Assembly (NCBI GenBank): GCA_043228905.1
Contig: JBHGNT010000002.1
Location: 17,608,001 to 17,672,000 of the forward strand
Reading direction: 5' to 3'
From: Azolla caroliniana
Taxonomy: Eukaryota; Plantae; Polypodiophyta
Length of the DNA: 64,000 nucleotides
The stretch's first letter is position 1, and every line of letters starts with the position of its first letter. Below are positions 35,301 to 45,938 of the stretch, one piece after another. The notes beneath the pieces are model-generated. The model saw nothing but the letters and a program-made list of their open reading frames with translations, did no database searches and was not told where the DNA came from. Made by a program: the position numbers and the translations under genes.

Positions 35301-35803
35301 CCGGCCGGATCTCGTAAGCTGGGGTCCGATGCAACCCCTTTGATTCGGGATTCGCTGCCCTCCGGTAAGGGCGCCGCAACTGGCCTCACCTTCCGGTCCA
35401 CAGTCTTGTACTTGGTGCTAACTCGGGCCGTCCGTTCCGACTCGAGCCCTCGACCGAAGTCCGCGATGACTTCGTACATTTCTTCGGAACATACCGGTAT
35501 CGTCCGGTCTTCGATAAGGTCTTCCTCGACTACCTTCCCCAGCATTCCCAAGGTGTCGTCGACGGAGACTGCCTCCACGGCTCCGTCGATTCCCTCGTCA
35601 GGGCCGAGAACTCCGCACGCCCGAAGTCTCTCCTCCGTCTTTGTTTTCTCTCGTCCGGTGATGCCGACCATCGTACATGCTCCGCTGTCGGAGAAGCAAA
35701 ATTTCCTACCTATTGTACACGGCTTTATCGTACAGATGTGGGGTTTTTCCGGAGCATCCGGACTGTCGCGGCCCCACGCCTTGGCAGTCCTCTCTAAAAA
35801 TCC
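32333..35803 (-). CDS. pol: Copy D Pol (RT-RNase H-integrase), entered by predicted -1 frameshift
   Basis: ORF 32333..35671 (1112 aa) stays open upstream to the slippery site at 35797-35803. Confidence 0.93.
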   Translation of the reverse strand, partial: GFLERTAKAWGRDSPDAPEKPHICTIKPCTIGRKFCFSDSGACTMVGITGREKTKTEERLRACGVLGPDEGIDGAVEAVSVDDTLGMLGKVVEEDLIEDRTIPVCSEEMYEVIADFGRGLESERTARVSTKYKTVDRKVRPVAAPLPEGSESRIKGVASDPSLRDPAGIGHTFTNVTLRELKIGGGGFLLPVEEDRFRRMLGRHGKAFAFSPEEIGCVDPTIVEPMVIFTVPHVPWNLKPIPVPRAHIPKLMELLKQKVDMGILEPSSAPYSNRWFTVPKKNGSLRFIQDLQPVNRVTIRNAGIGPTIDEFAEAFAGRSIYSVGDLYSGYDQFQLAMESRDITTMRTPLGLVRMCTLPQGGTNSVAHMVNAMNKVLRDCIPDITMPFLDDIPIKGCPVEEKDETVGPDGCRRFVMAHIDDCEKVLQRLEDARLTFSGEKSAFGQSEIMVVGHLCGPYGRKPSPAKVEAISAMKPDCSSVTEVRRFLGACAFYHIWIPHYAHVAEPLYGLLRKGRRFEWLDKHTESVRKLKEALSAAPALRKAAYRKGTPVYITVDTSPTGIGWVVNQEDENGNRFPIRFGAKVLSERQRGYAQVKRELWGIVSAVKADKDYLIGTEVVIETDCMPILGMVSGCATPDLAMLRWIAYIKSLDPVIRHISGKDNAMADMLSRARFDDEGGMVSEDEEVGADFFETAYVTTDGTSTPALSDFDASKYDGEWLQIGGFLKTMTPDASWTKDETNRIRKKAYRFFLRDGYLWKHPKKRDGAPLRVVAMKEEQEELLTAYHDSPWAGHRGTWATFEKLKGKYWWPGQYQDVHRFVTTCESCQMHSIVRHRDELHPTYPPTIHFKWMVDLVTMPMGIGQMRYLVLAREDLTNQVEGRALPNKTTAAVCRFLIEDVICRYGCVGKIVADRGELDTEEAAELFDRLGVKLSLTTAYNPEANGKVERGHGPIVKALVRACGGQVGNWPRLLPYALWADRTTHSSVTGYMPTELMFGQKPVMPMERTISSWATVAWRDEMSREELLAARIRQLERRPEDVELATERLRVARAKNKATFDRTHRLRPKKIEEGDWVLVYDSSLDNQHRATRKFARRWFGPYAVRSANGNGTYHLAELDGTRMAIPVAGKRIKAFKKRHDDEPDPALLVGSDERSENEE
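35738..35803 (-). promoter_or_regulatory. Predicted -1 frameshift signal with pseudoknot
   Basis: GGATTTT TAGAGA GGACTGCC/GACAGTCC (7/8), GTGGGG/CCCCAC. Confidence 0.85.
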
Positions 35804-37920
35804 TCTCGGTTTTCGGAACCGAGGGAATCGCGGTTACGTTCGTGGTTCGGCCTTACCGTCAGAAACTGGACCGAATGGCGCCCGTCTTGGCTTTTGACCC
35901 TCGCGTAGGCCGAACCATTGTCCAGCACCTTGGTCTCCATCCGCGCCGCCGTGATGTACGGCTCTCCCAGTATGACCGGATGCGAAGACGTTTCCTGCAC
36001 GAAGAAGTGCTGGTCGATCTCGAAATCGCCGATCTTGACTCGCACATTCGGGCAGGCCCCGTGCAGCTCCTCGGTGGCGCGCGTTGCCGCCCTTATTTTC
36101 CACCCGTGCTTGGTGTTGATCGGCCATTTGCCCTTCTTATAGAAGTCCATGGACATCAAATTGATCTCCGATCCGTGGTCCACCAAAGCTATCACCGGTT
36201 CCCGGACATCGCCGATCTTCACCGGGGTTTCCGTGGTCGCTCGGGCCCAGTGTGGTCTCGAATAGTGGCTTTCCGCCCACTCGTCTCCCAGCGCCATGTC
36301 GTCTAGGTGCGTCGTCCGCACTTCCACCGGTCTTTCCGGTTCTGTCTCCGTCGACAGCCTCTTCCGTTTCACCAAGTCCACGATGGAGTCGTGGAACTCC
36401 TTCTTGGCGATTCCCAGCACCTCTCGTAACGACAGCTCCACCTTGCTGTCGAGGATCCGTTCCTCCAGGACCTTTCGTAAGTCCGTGGTCCTTTCTATCT
36501 CCGTCCCCAGACGGTACCCGCCCTTCTGGGGTTTATCTTGCGTGCCGGCCCCGCCGGCTTCGTCCCGTCGTGGCCCGGACCGGGTCTCGTATCGTTGTGA
36601 GGGCCCGGTCGTCCCGGGTCTCCCCACCCGCTTCTCTTCTATCAGAGCCTCGTAGTTCTGGCAAGCGGCTTCCACGAAGCCCGTCCTTTCCTCGACCGGG
36701 TCGCTCCACCCGGTCATCTCCCGTACCCGTTTCTCCGCACGGTCCGATTCCTCCCCTTTAAGCCTTGCACCGGCAAGGCCTTCCAGCATCGTCGGCCAGA
36801 ATCCGGCTTTGCTTTCCCTTCGGGCCTCGCCGCCCCCGACTCGAATGCCGGCCGACGCCGAGTAGTGGACGGTTTCCGCGTGTCGGGCCGCCGCCTCTTC
36901 CATCAACCTTTTCATACCACCTTTTCCGTCGTTTCGGCTCAGGGCCCTTCGGGTGTCGCTGGCATGCACCCGTCCTTCCCACAGGTACACCACCCTGTCC
37001 CTTAGCGCCTCCGCGAAGTCGCCGCAGTCCTTCCGAATGTGGCCGACTTCATCGCACCAGATGCACCTGTTTCCTGCTGCCGGCCGTCGGTCACGAGCCG
37101 GTTCGCCACCTTCCCTTCGGGCTTGCGCGATTTGGAGGTCCTTTACCGCCCTCGTCAATTCCTCCAACGCCGCTCCTCCGGTTGAGCCTCTGACTACGCC
37201 GGTCGAAGCCGAACCGGTTTCCAACCACTCTCCGGTCTCTTCCTTTCGCACCCGTGGTGCTGGTTCGAACTTCCTTGCTGCGACCGAGCCCGACCCGGTT
37301 ACCCCGTTATCCGCCCATTCTCGCCGTTTGTCGAAACGGCCACAGACTCTCTTGACAGCCGCCCAGTCGGCAGTGAGCCCGTCTTCGGTTTCCAGCAAGA
37401 GGCCCACTTGCTCCCGATCCCGCTCGTCGACCGACTTGACAAACAGCAAGACCCGGCTCGTGTCCAGGATGGTTCGGTCGAGCGCCGAAAGGCGCGCAAA
37501 GTTTTCCTCGAACTCCCGGAGGAGTGCCGAAGCGTTTCTTCCCTTCCCCGGGGACTCCACCCATTCCATGAACCTTCGCTTCGAAAGCCGGAGCGCGTCG
37601 TCCAGCCCGTATTTCTCTAGGAGCCGACCTTCGAACTCCTCCCAGGTACGGCTCTCCGCCCGCACCTCGAGCACCTCCGCATGGATGCTCGGCATTGCGA
37701 CTCGGGGAAATCCGGCAAGACGCCTTTCTTCCGGAATGTCCCGCATCAACATTTCTGCACCGTAGGACGCCAGATACTTCGTGGCATCCCTCCCATCGAA
37801 CCGGCCGATCGTGCCGACGACCGCCTCAATAGCTCTGTCGAGGGCACCGGTGCCCTCGCGCGCATTTACAATCCGATCCACGGCCGAAGCCATGGCCTCT
37901 GCAAGATCCGACCCCCTCAT
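35794..37920 (-). CDS. gag: Copy D Gag-protease polyprotein
   Basis: ORF 35794..37947 (first ATG 37920); CIWCDEVGHIRKDC knuckle, ALVDHGSEINLM protease; ends REDF-stop. Confidence 0.93.
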   Translation of the reverse strand: MRGSDLAEAMASAVDRIVNAREGTGALDRAIEAVVGTIGRFDGRDATKYLASYGAEMLMRDIPEERRLAGFPRVAMPSIHAEVLEVRAESRTWEEFEGRLLEKYGLDDALRLSKRRFMEWVESPGKGRNASALLREFEENFARLSALDRTILDTSRVLLFVKSVDERDREQVGLLLETEDGLTADWAAVKRVCGRFDKRREWADNGVTGSGSVAARKFEPAPRVRKEETGEWLETGSASTGVVRGSTGGAALEELTRAVKDLQIAQARREGGEPARDRRPAAGNRCIWCDEVGHIRKDCGDFAEALRDRVVYLWEGRVHASDTRRALSRNDGKGGMKRLMEEAAARHAETVHYSASAGIRVGGGEARRESKAGFWPTMLEGLAGARLKGEESDRAEKRVREMTGWSDPVEERTGFVEAACQNYEALIEEKRVGRPGTTGPSQRYETRSGPRRDEAGGAGTQDKPQKGGYRLGTEIERTTDLRKVLEERILDSKVELSLREVLGIAKKEFHDSIVDLVKRKRLSTETEPERPVEVRTTHLDDMALGDEWAESHYSRPHWARATTETPVKIGDVREPVIALVDHGSEINLMSMDFYKKGKWPINTKHGWKIRAATRATEELHGACPNVRVKIGDFEIDQHFFVQETSSHPVILGEPYITAARMETKVLDNGSAYARVKSQDGRHSVQFLTVRPNHERNRDSLGSENREDF

Positions 37921-38937
37921 CTTCTGCTCTTCTGCCGCCTCTTTCACGTCGGGTTCACCAAAGATGTCGGGATATTACGCAAATGCGTGTGGAAACGAGG
38001 CGGGACCGCGGGGGTCTCGAACCAAAGAGCAAGCAAGGGAGGAGAAAGAGAGAGAACCGGCTACGCGGGACCGGGGATACGCAGGGACACGGCCCTCAGC
38101 ACGGAGAACGCGACAGACACCGACACAGACAGATGCGAATGGCTAAATATGTATATTAACAAAATGGCTAGCACGACTACAACCCTCGATGGGCGCAGGT
38201 TGGTTACAACCGAACAGGCCGGCGAACAGATGCCAATGCCTGTTCGCTTCGACGCACAAAGGGGGGAAGCAGGCCGGAGGTGCTGCCGGAAGCACTCGGG
38301 CGTTCCTCGAAACAGCGCGAGCCTCCTCGGAACCCTGCACAGAAAGCTATGGAGCTCAGGAAGGAAGGAAACAGAGAGAGAAGCGTCCGGAAACGGTCCG
38401 ACAGCACTTCGTCCTCTCTGCGCCCGATACCTCCAACAGCTCTTTCCTGCTCCTTTTATATGCCGTTGAGCAGGCCGTCGTGTCAGCTTTATTCCCTGTC
38501 CCTTTTGAACAGGGATCTCCTCTGTCCTTCACGCATCCGCGTAGTTACGCCGCCGACTCGTACAGTTCGCGCGCGTGACCGAAAAGACTGTTCGCGCGGT
38601 CTTTGTCTCCACTCGTGTTAGGGCCCGTTCCTCCGATTATCCCCCTAATTCGATTCTATGTACTACTTGGAGCGTGCGCGCGTGAAGAACCGGTTCCCAC
38701 GCCTCGGTGCGCCGATTCCGCTTAGGGACGGTTTTCTTCACGACAACGCGGTACTTCTGTCAGTCCCACGAGGACTTGTATAAATAATGCTACTGAGCAT
38801 AGTTGTATACACAGAGTGTTTTTATTGTTTTTGAAGATAGCCTTGAAGTTTTGCTCTCTTTGTCTCTCCCGTGTACTCTGTGTATTCCCTACCTTCTCTG
38901 TTTTCTAACGCTTCTGCAAGTAATCGTTTACAGATTG

Positions 38938-41900
38938 TGACGAGCACAAGGAGGCGCTACGACGGGATCTTATCTACTATAAGGGAAATCCGATTCATTC
39001 GATGGATTCTCGGAAGGTACACCAACCAAACTTCCGGAAAGGCAGCATGAAGAAGGTCCTAGAGGAGAAGATCGCGGCGAAAGACAATTATGCGACAACC
39101 ACGGGAATATGTGTGGGGGAGTCATTTGCAACAAAGGCGTCTTTTTGGCCGGAAGTGTTAGAAATTTCGAAAAAAGCTGACCATGATGAAATCTGAAGCG
39201 CCGCGGAATGTATCCAGGAAGCTACGGGATGGGAGTGCATGCGCTATGTCAATTGCATGAAGTGTATGTGGATGAAAAACGACGGCGCACGGATGATGTG
39301 GCCGAACCATCAAAGACACCGGAAAGCTGGAACTCCGGAGGGAAGGGAAAAGAAAAGGCGAGTCCGGCATTCAAGCTCGCCTCGGACATCAAACAACAAA
39401 CGGACTTGAAAAAGGTGTTCGAAGAGAGAATCCTCGATAGCCGGGTAGAATTTCTGCTTCGGGAATTACTCGGAATAGCGAAGGAGTTCCACGATCTTCT
39501 TGTGGATCTCGTCAAGAGAAAAAGAGAAAGTACGGAGGAAAATGCTCCAAGGGTTAATGCAAATACCATCTTAATGAAATACCGAAGTGGAGGACGAAAT
39601 ACCGAACTCCCACTACACAAGGCCACACTGGGCACGTGCAACTACGGAGACTCTGGTCCGAATCGGCAACATCAAAGAGCCCGTGCTAGCATTGATTGAT
39701 CACGGATCGGAGATCAATTTGATGTCCAAGGAGTTTTACCGGAAGGGGAAGTGGCCTATAAACACTAACCATGGATGGAAGATCCGGGCAGCCACTAAAG
39801 CAATGGAAGATCTATTTGTGGCTTGTCTGGATGTGACGGTGAAGATCAGGGATGTTGAGATCCACCAAAAATTCTTCGTACAAGACGAGGTCTCACACTC
39901 CGTGATCCTCAAGCAACCCTTTATCACGGCATCACGGATGGAGACGAATGTGCTCGATAGAGGTGCGGATTTCGCACGAATTCGGAGCCAAAACGGAGCG
40001 AAATCTGTCCAATTCCTAACGGTGCCAGAAAATCATGAAAGGAACAAGAGAGGGCTCTTGTCCCAAACAAGAATGGATTTTTAGAGCAGACTATTGTTGA
40101 GTGGGGAAGTGATAGTTTGAGAAGCCCTGATACCCCACATAGGAAGAAACCTCTCGAAGCAAAACAAGTACGAATCAGTCCGGATGGGGCATCCACGTAC
40201 ACGGCCGTAACCGGAGGAATGAAGAAAGAATACCGAAAAGTGGAGGATAAGTTACGGTCGGCATCAATAATAGAAGAAGACAAAGAAATCGTGGAAATAG
40301 TAGAAGAAGTGTTCTATGGGAGCACGCTACAATGGCTTGAAGAGCTCGCGGAAGATACAAGCCAGGGAGACTGGGTAGTCCCGGTGGAATCAGTCGAGAT
40401 GCACGAGATCATTGTGAAAATGGGGCCGGATCCGCTCCGCAAAGAAGAAGCAATTGTAAGTACAAAATACAAGACCGTGGACAAGAAAGTGAAACCTATC
40501 GCGGGACCGTTACCCGTAGATAGCGAACAAAAGAGGAAAGAAGTCTCGGGGGATCCGACACTTCGGAAGTCCATGGATATCGGACATGCCTTCATGGATG
40601 AGACTCGGAAGAAACTTCGGATCGGTGGAGATGGATTCCTATTAAAGAATGAAGAAGAACGATTCCATGGGATGCTAGAGCGACATGGGAGAGCATTTGC
40701 ATTTACATTGAAAGAAATTGGATACGCTGACCCGAAGATAGTGGAGCCAATGGTGAACTTCACGATTGACCATGTGCCTTGGAACCTGAAGTGGATTCCA
40801 GTGCCACGGGCGCATATTCCGAAAATCATCAACTTGCTCAAGGAGAAGGTGACGATGGGGATTCTAGAGCCATCAAACGCTCCGTACTCAAATCGATGGT
40901 TTACGGTTCCGAAGAAGAATGGGTCACTCCGATTTATCCAAGACTTGCAACCATTGAACAAGGTCACGATCCGGAACTCCGGAGTCGGTCTGATAGTGGA
41001 CGAATTTGCGGAAGCATTTGCCGGTTGTGCGATATACTCCATCAGAGACCTATACTCGGGGTATGACCAATTCCAACTAGCCGTGGAGAGCCGAGACATC
41101 ACTATCATGCGGACACCGATAGGATTAGTTCGGATGTGTACGCTACCACAAGGCGCGACGAACTCGGTCTCACATATGATGAATGCAATGAACAAGGTGC
41201 TTTGAGATTGCATTCCGGAGATAACGATGCCGTTCCTAGATGACATTCCAATGAAAGGATGCGCGGTAGAAGAAAAAGATGAAACTATGGATGATCGAAG
41301 ATGCCGAAAGTTCGTAGTCGACCATATTTGTGATTGCGAGAAAGTGCTTCTAAAGTTAGAAGATGTGCACCTAACACTTTCCGGGGAGAAATCGGCATTC
41401 GGGCAAGAAGAAATATTGGTAGTCGGACATCTATGTGGGCCCTACGGCCGAAGACCGTCACCGACCAAGATCGATGCAATTCAAGCTATGAAAGAAATAT
41501 GCGAGTCAAAATCCGAAGTCTGAAGGTTTCTCGGAGCATGTGCATTCTACCACATATGGATTCCGCACTATGCACATATTGCGGACCCACTCTATCACTT
41601 GTTGCGGAAGGGTAAGAAGTTCGAATGGAAACCGGAGCATACCAAAGCCATGAAGAAGCTCAAGAAATCACTATGAAGGGCAAAAGCACTAAAGAAGCCG
41701 AACTATGACCGACCGATCATAGTAACGGTTGACACAGGTCCAATCGGAATCGGATGGGTCATCAATCAAGCCGATCCGATTCGGAGCAAAGGTTCTCAAC
41801 GGAAGGCAATGCGGATATGCACAAGTCAAAAGAGAATTATGGGAAGTCATGTCGGCAATAAAATCGGATCGAGATTATTTGATCGGAGCCGAAGTAGTGA

Positions 41901-43590
41901 TCGAAACGGATTGTCTTCCGATACTCGGGATGATGCGGTGTTGCACGATACCGGATGTGGCTATGCTAAGATGGATTTCATATGTTAAGTTGCTTAATCC
42001 AGAGGTACGACACATCTCCGGAAAAGACAACGTGGTAGCAGATATGCTATCAAGGGTGTGGTTCGGAGATGACATAACCGAATTCGATAATGAAGAAGTT
42101 TCCGAAGACTACTTTGCTTCGGAGCACATATGCCGGGTGAACGTAATCCGAGAATTCCGGGAAGAAGAATACGAGGGAGAAAGCTTGTTGATCGGGAAAA
42201 TGCTACAAGAAATCGAGGAATCATCGGACAATAAAGAGAAGAGAACCGAGATCCGAAGTAAGAAGCGGCAAGTCCGAAAGTTCTTCTTGAAAAATGGATT
42301 AATATGGAGGGAGCCGAAAAGACCGGATGGCATACCACTTCGGGTAGTCGGGACGAAAGAGCAACGAAACTAGATAATGTCCGAATTTCACGAATCCGAT
42401 TGGGCTAGACATCGAGGAACATGGGCAACTTTTGTGAAAATCAAACAAAAATATTGGTGGAAGAACATGTACAAAGATATAACGGAATTCAAGGAAAGCT
42501 GCGAGAAGTGTCAAATCTACTCTGGAGTTCGACACCGAAATGAGTTACATCTGACATTCTCACTGACAATCAACTTCAAATGGATGGTCGATATTGTAGC
42601 CATGCCAACCGGGATCGGACAAAAGAAGTACTTGGTGTTAGCTCGGGAAGATCTCACAAACCAAGTAGAAGGTCGGTCGCTACGAAGGAAAATGTGTTTC
42701 TGTAGTATGCCAATCTCTTTTGATGGAGGTGTTTTGCAGGTACAGGTGCGTAGGACAAGTGATTGCGGATCGGGAAGAACTCGACTCTGAGAAAGCTAAG
42801 GAATTCTTCACCAAGCATGGAGTTTGGTTAACACTGACAACGGCATACGATCCAGAAGCCAACGGGAAGATCGAACGAGGACATAGTCCGATCGTCAAAG
42901 CACTTGCGAAGGCATGCGATGGAAGGGTGAAGGATTGGCCGTAGATGCTTCCATATGCACTATGGGAGGATCGGACGACGCATAGCTTCGTAACTGGTTA
43001 CATGCTGGCAGAAATCATGACCGGACAAGCACCGGTAATGCCAACGGAAACCGCGATCGCGACATGGACAGTGCTACCGTGGAAGTATGAGCCGGGAAGA
43101 ACTACTAGCATTTCGGATACGACAACTAGAGGGAAGACCAGAAGGCATAGCGGAAGCAATACGCCGACAACAAGAAGCGCAATTACGGAATAAAAGCCGG
43201 TTCGACACAAAGCACCGACTACGACCGCGGAAGATTGAAGAAGGAGATTGGGTGATTGTCTACGACAGTACTTTGGATCATCAACATACAACGATGCGGA
43301 AGTTCGCGAAAAGGTGGTTCGGGCCATACGAGGTTCGGAAAGTTTTCGACAACGGAACTTACCGACTATGCGAGTTGGATGGAATGATGCTACGAGTGCC
43401 TATAGCCGGGAAACGGGTGAAGATTTTCAAGAAGCGGACTAATGAAGAACCCTATGTGATCCTAGACAAGTCCAACAAGAAGGAGCAATTGGACGAAGAT
43501 TGTGGTGATGCAGAAAGCAAAGAAAGAGGATTACAACTCATAGTCCACTTAAGGGGAGAATCGGAGGAAGCTTCAGATGAAGGTGAATAG
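38938..43590 (+). pseudogene. pol: Copy E gag C-terminus, protease and Pol, disrupted
   Basis: ORFs 39587..40084 (IDHGSEIN, ends MDF-stop), 40117..41205, 41227.., 41729.., 42377.., 43087..43590. Confidence 0.9.
40075..40138 (+). promoter_or_regulatory. Predicted -1 frameshift signal with pseudoknot
   Basis: GGATTTT TAGAGC AGACTATT/GATAGTTT (two G-U pairs), GTGGGG/CCCCAC. Confidence 0.8.
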
Positions 43591-44414
43591 CAAGCATCGG
43601 GGACTTCGGCACATATTGGAGGATGTGCGCGTTTGGAGGGGGCGAGTGTCGTAGTGTGAATCCTATATCCGATTTAAAATATGTAAAATACTATATCCGA
43701 TTTAAAGTACGTATAATAAATAAAATAAAACATTAAAATATTTATTACATGCATAGTGCAAGATTTGAACCCTAAACCTCCACGTAGACAAACCCCAACC
43801 TTACCATTGTACCAACTTATCCTACGTTTTTCAAATATAGATTTAATACGTATAAGACCTTTATTTACGCCTACCTTTATTAAAAGGTAAGTCATGCATT
43901 TTTTAGAATGTGTGAATACTTTATTTATAAGAAAAATGTACACCAATAAAAAATGACTCGTGCACATCTAGCGAGCATTAGCACTATATTTAGGAAATAA
44001 AAGCATAGTGTAAAAAGGCAATTCATGCACATTTAGTGTGCATGAACACTTTAGAAAAAGCATGAAGCTATGCTTAGCCTCATCCATCCTTATATAAGGA
44101 GGAGAGAAAGATGTATGGGGGGTTGTTGATTATTTTACAATGATTGATTAATAATAAAAAATATTCGTGGGATTCATGATTTTGCCATCTATTTCTCTCT
44201 TACATTCTAAGTATCAATTAATACACTATACTCGTGGGATTCATGAGTTTTTCATATCTTTCTTTCTTACCATATATTTCATATTCTTAATTATCTTAGA
44301 ATTTTCTTTTCTCCTAGTCCAAAACCTCGGTGGTTCCCACCCGATTCACGCAACGATCCGGAGCCGAAAGGCACGACAGCGTAACCGCAAGACTCTCGGC
44401 GGCGATGGCCGGGG

Positions 44415-44480
44415 GGATTTTTAAAGAGGGCTATCAAGGCATGGAGCTGGGATAGTCCAAACGCGCGGGAGGAACCCCAC
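44415..44480 (+). promoter_or_regulatory. Predicted -1 frameshift signal (stem 2 decayed), copy B
   Basis: GGATTTT TAAAGA GGGCTATC/GATAGTCC; frame open into ORF 44625. Confidence 0.75.
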
Positions 44481-45618
44481 ACCTATACCATAGGTAGGAA
44501 ATTTTGGCTCTCCGACAATAGAGGTTGTACATTAACCAGCATCGGCGGCAGGGAGAAGAAGAAGGTAAAAGAGCGGCTCAAGTCATGCGGGGCTCTCCAC
44601 CCTGATGAGGAAATTAGCGGTGTCGTGGAGGCGGTCTCGTTTGACGACACCTTGGGAGAGCTGTGCGGTGTAGTCGATGAGGGCCTTAACGAAGATCGAA
44701 CAATTCCGGTTAGCTCGGTGGAGATGTACGAAGTCATCGCGGACTTCGGGGAAAAGATCAGGCCGGGTCGGACAACCTGCGTGAATACGAAGTACAAGAC
44801 TGTGGACCGGAAGGTGAGGCCTGTCACGGCACCCTTGCCGGAGGGCAGCGAAGAGCGGATAAGAGGGCTCACGTCGGACCCTAGCTTGCGGAATCCGGCC
44901 GGCATAGGACACCGGTTCACCGACATAACGCTACGGGAGCTCAAGGTTTGTGGGGGTGGGTTTCTACTGCCGGCGGAGGAGGACCGGTTTCAGAGGCTCC
45001 AAGCAGCGATGGGTGAAGGCGAGCCGGTTTTCTTCGACCAGTGTTGTATCTGGCGCGTATCGGTGGACGCGCGGTTTGGTGGGGGTGGATGTCATGGAGA
45101 AAACCGTCCCTAGGAGGAAACAAAGAGATATCGTGCACGAACCGGCCCTTCCATGTGTGCGCGTGTGATTTGATAGCTTGTACATAATTATGTTTAGGGC
45201 GGTTGATGTAAATATACTAGGTGTGACATATTTATTAGGAAATCGATGCGTATCTCTGTCCGAAGGGACACAGAATAAAGTAATGTGACTGTGACTGAAG
45301 GAGAACAGTCTCTCCCCAATGACCTATATATAAGGAAGAAGAGAAGGAAGAATAGGGGATCATGCGTGAGCGAGGACGAAGTGTTGCCGGGACGTGCACC
45401 GAGCTCTCTCTCTCTCCTCCTTCGGTTGTCATTCTATGCAGGTTTTGGAGATAGTCGCCTCTATTTTGTGGACAGCCCGTGCACTTCCAGCAGAGGCTCT
45501 CCCTTCGTGTTTCTGTGTTTGGCATGTGACATCAGTGTGTGTGTGTGGACTCTTGTGTTGGGTCCGTTGCCGGAGCGCCGGTTGTAATCGTTCTTGGTGT
45601 TATAATCAAATTGTTCTG

Positions 45619-45656
<38 letters not shown>

Positions 45657-45938
45657 TTCACTGTGTTCAGCAAAACACACACTCTCTCTCCTCTCTCACG
45701 CTCCTTGGTTCAGGGCCCCCGCGGTCCCGTCTCATTTCACCTGCGAAAGCGTAGTAACACGACAACGGTGCATGTATAGAACAGAGTGTTATTTTTTAAT
45801 TAAGCTTGAGTTGTCTGCTCTCTCTCTGTCTGTGTCTGTCTCTCCCTCACCATCTCTCCGCTTTTTGTGTATTACGATCTATCTTACTTCTTAACTCTAT
45901 TATGTAACACGCATCTACACGTATTCTTTTACAAGGAC

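Larger units (their letters stand above)
31481..38745 (-). mobile_element. Gypsy-W copy D, full length, apparently intact and very young
   Basis: 781-bp LTRs 31481-32261 and 37965-38745 with one difference seen; TSD ACGC/ACGC; PBS 37944-37960; two uninterrupted ORFs. Confidence 0.97.
18975..38932 (+). mobile_element. Copia-B full-length Ty1/copia element; both LTRs interrupted by Gypsy-W copies
   Basis: TSD GATTG/GATTG; 5' LTR 18975-19175 plus 26144-26314; PBS TGGTATTAGAGC at 26315; 3' LTR 31250-31480 plus 38750-38932. Confidence 0.93.
17362..44378 (+). mobile_element. Gypsy-W copy E (AT-rich LTR type) nested in copy B
   Basis: 5' LTR about 17362-18066 (first ~30 bp lost), 3' LTR 43647-44378; PBS TGGTGAACCCGACGTGA at 18071; right flank GCGT. 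Confidence 0.88.
15925..45764 (+). mobile_element. Gypsy-W copy B, internally deleted, inserted in the Copia-A 3' LTR
   Basis: LTRs 15925-16623 and 45090-45764; PBS TGGTGAACTCGACGTGA at 16628; TSD ACGG/ACGG; gag piece 16668-17356, PR end and RT start 44379-44995. Confidence 0.9.
10229..45933 (+). mobile_element. Copia-A full-length Ty1/copia element; 3' LTR split by a 29.8-kb nested block
   Basis: 5' LTR 10229-10625; PBS TGGTATCAGAGC at 10626; PPT before 15689; 3' LTR 15689-15924 plus 45769-45933; TSD AGGAT/AGGAC. Confidence 0.93.

Noticed and set aside
35088-37765. Long antisense ORFs over Gypsy-W gag/pol (e.g. 35088..35897, 36953..37765; also 21866..22660, 40314..41246)
   Set aside because: Shadow frames expected from GC-rich codon usage; starts and ends differ among copies.
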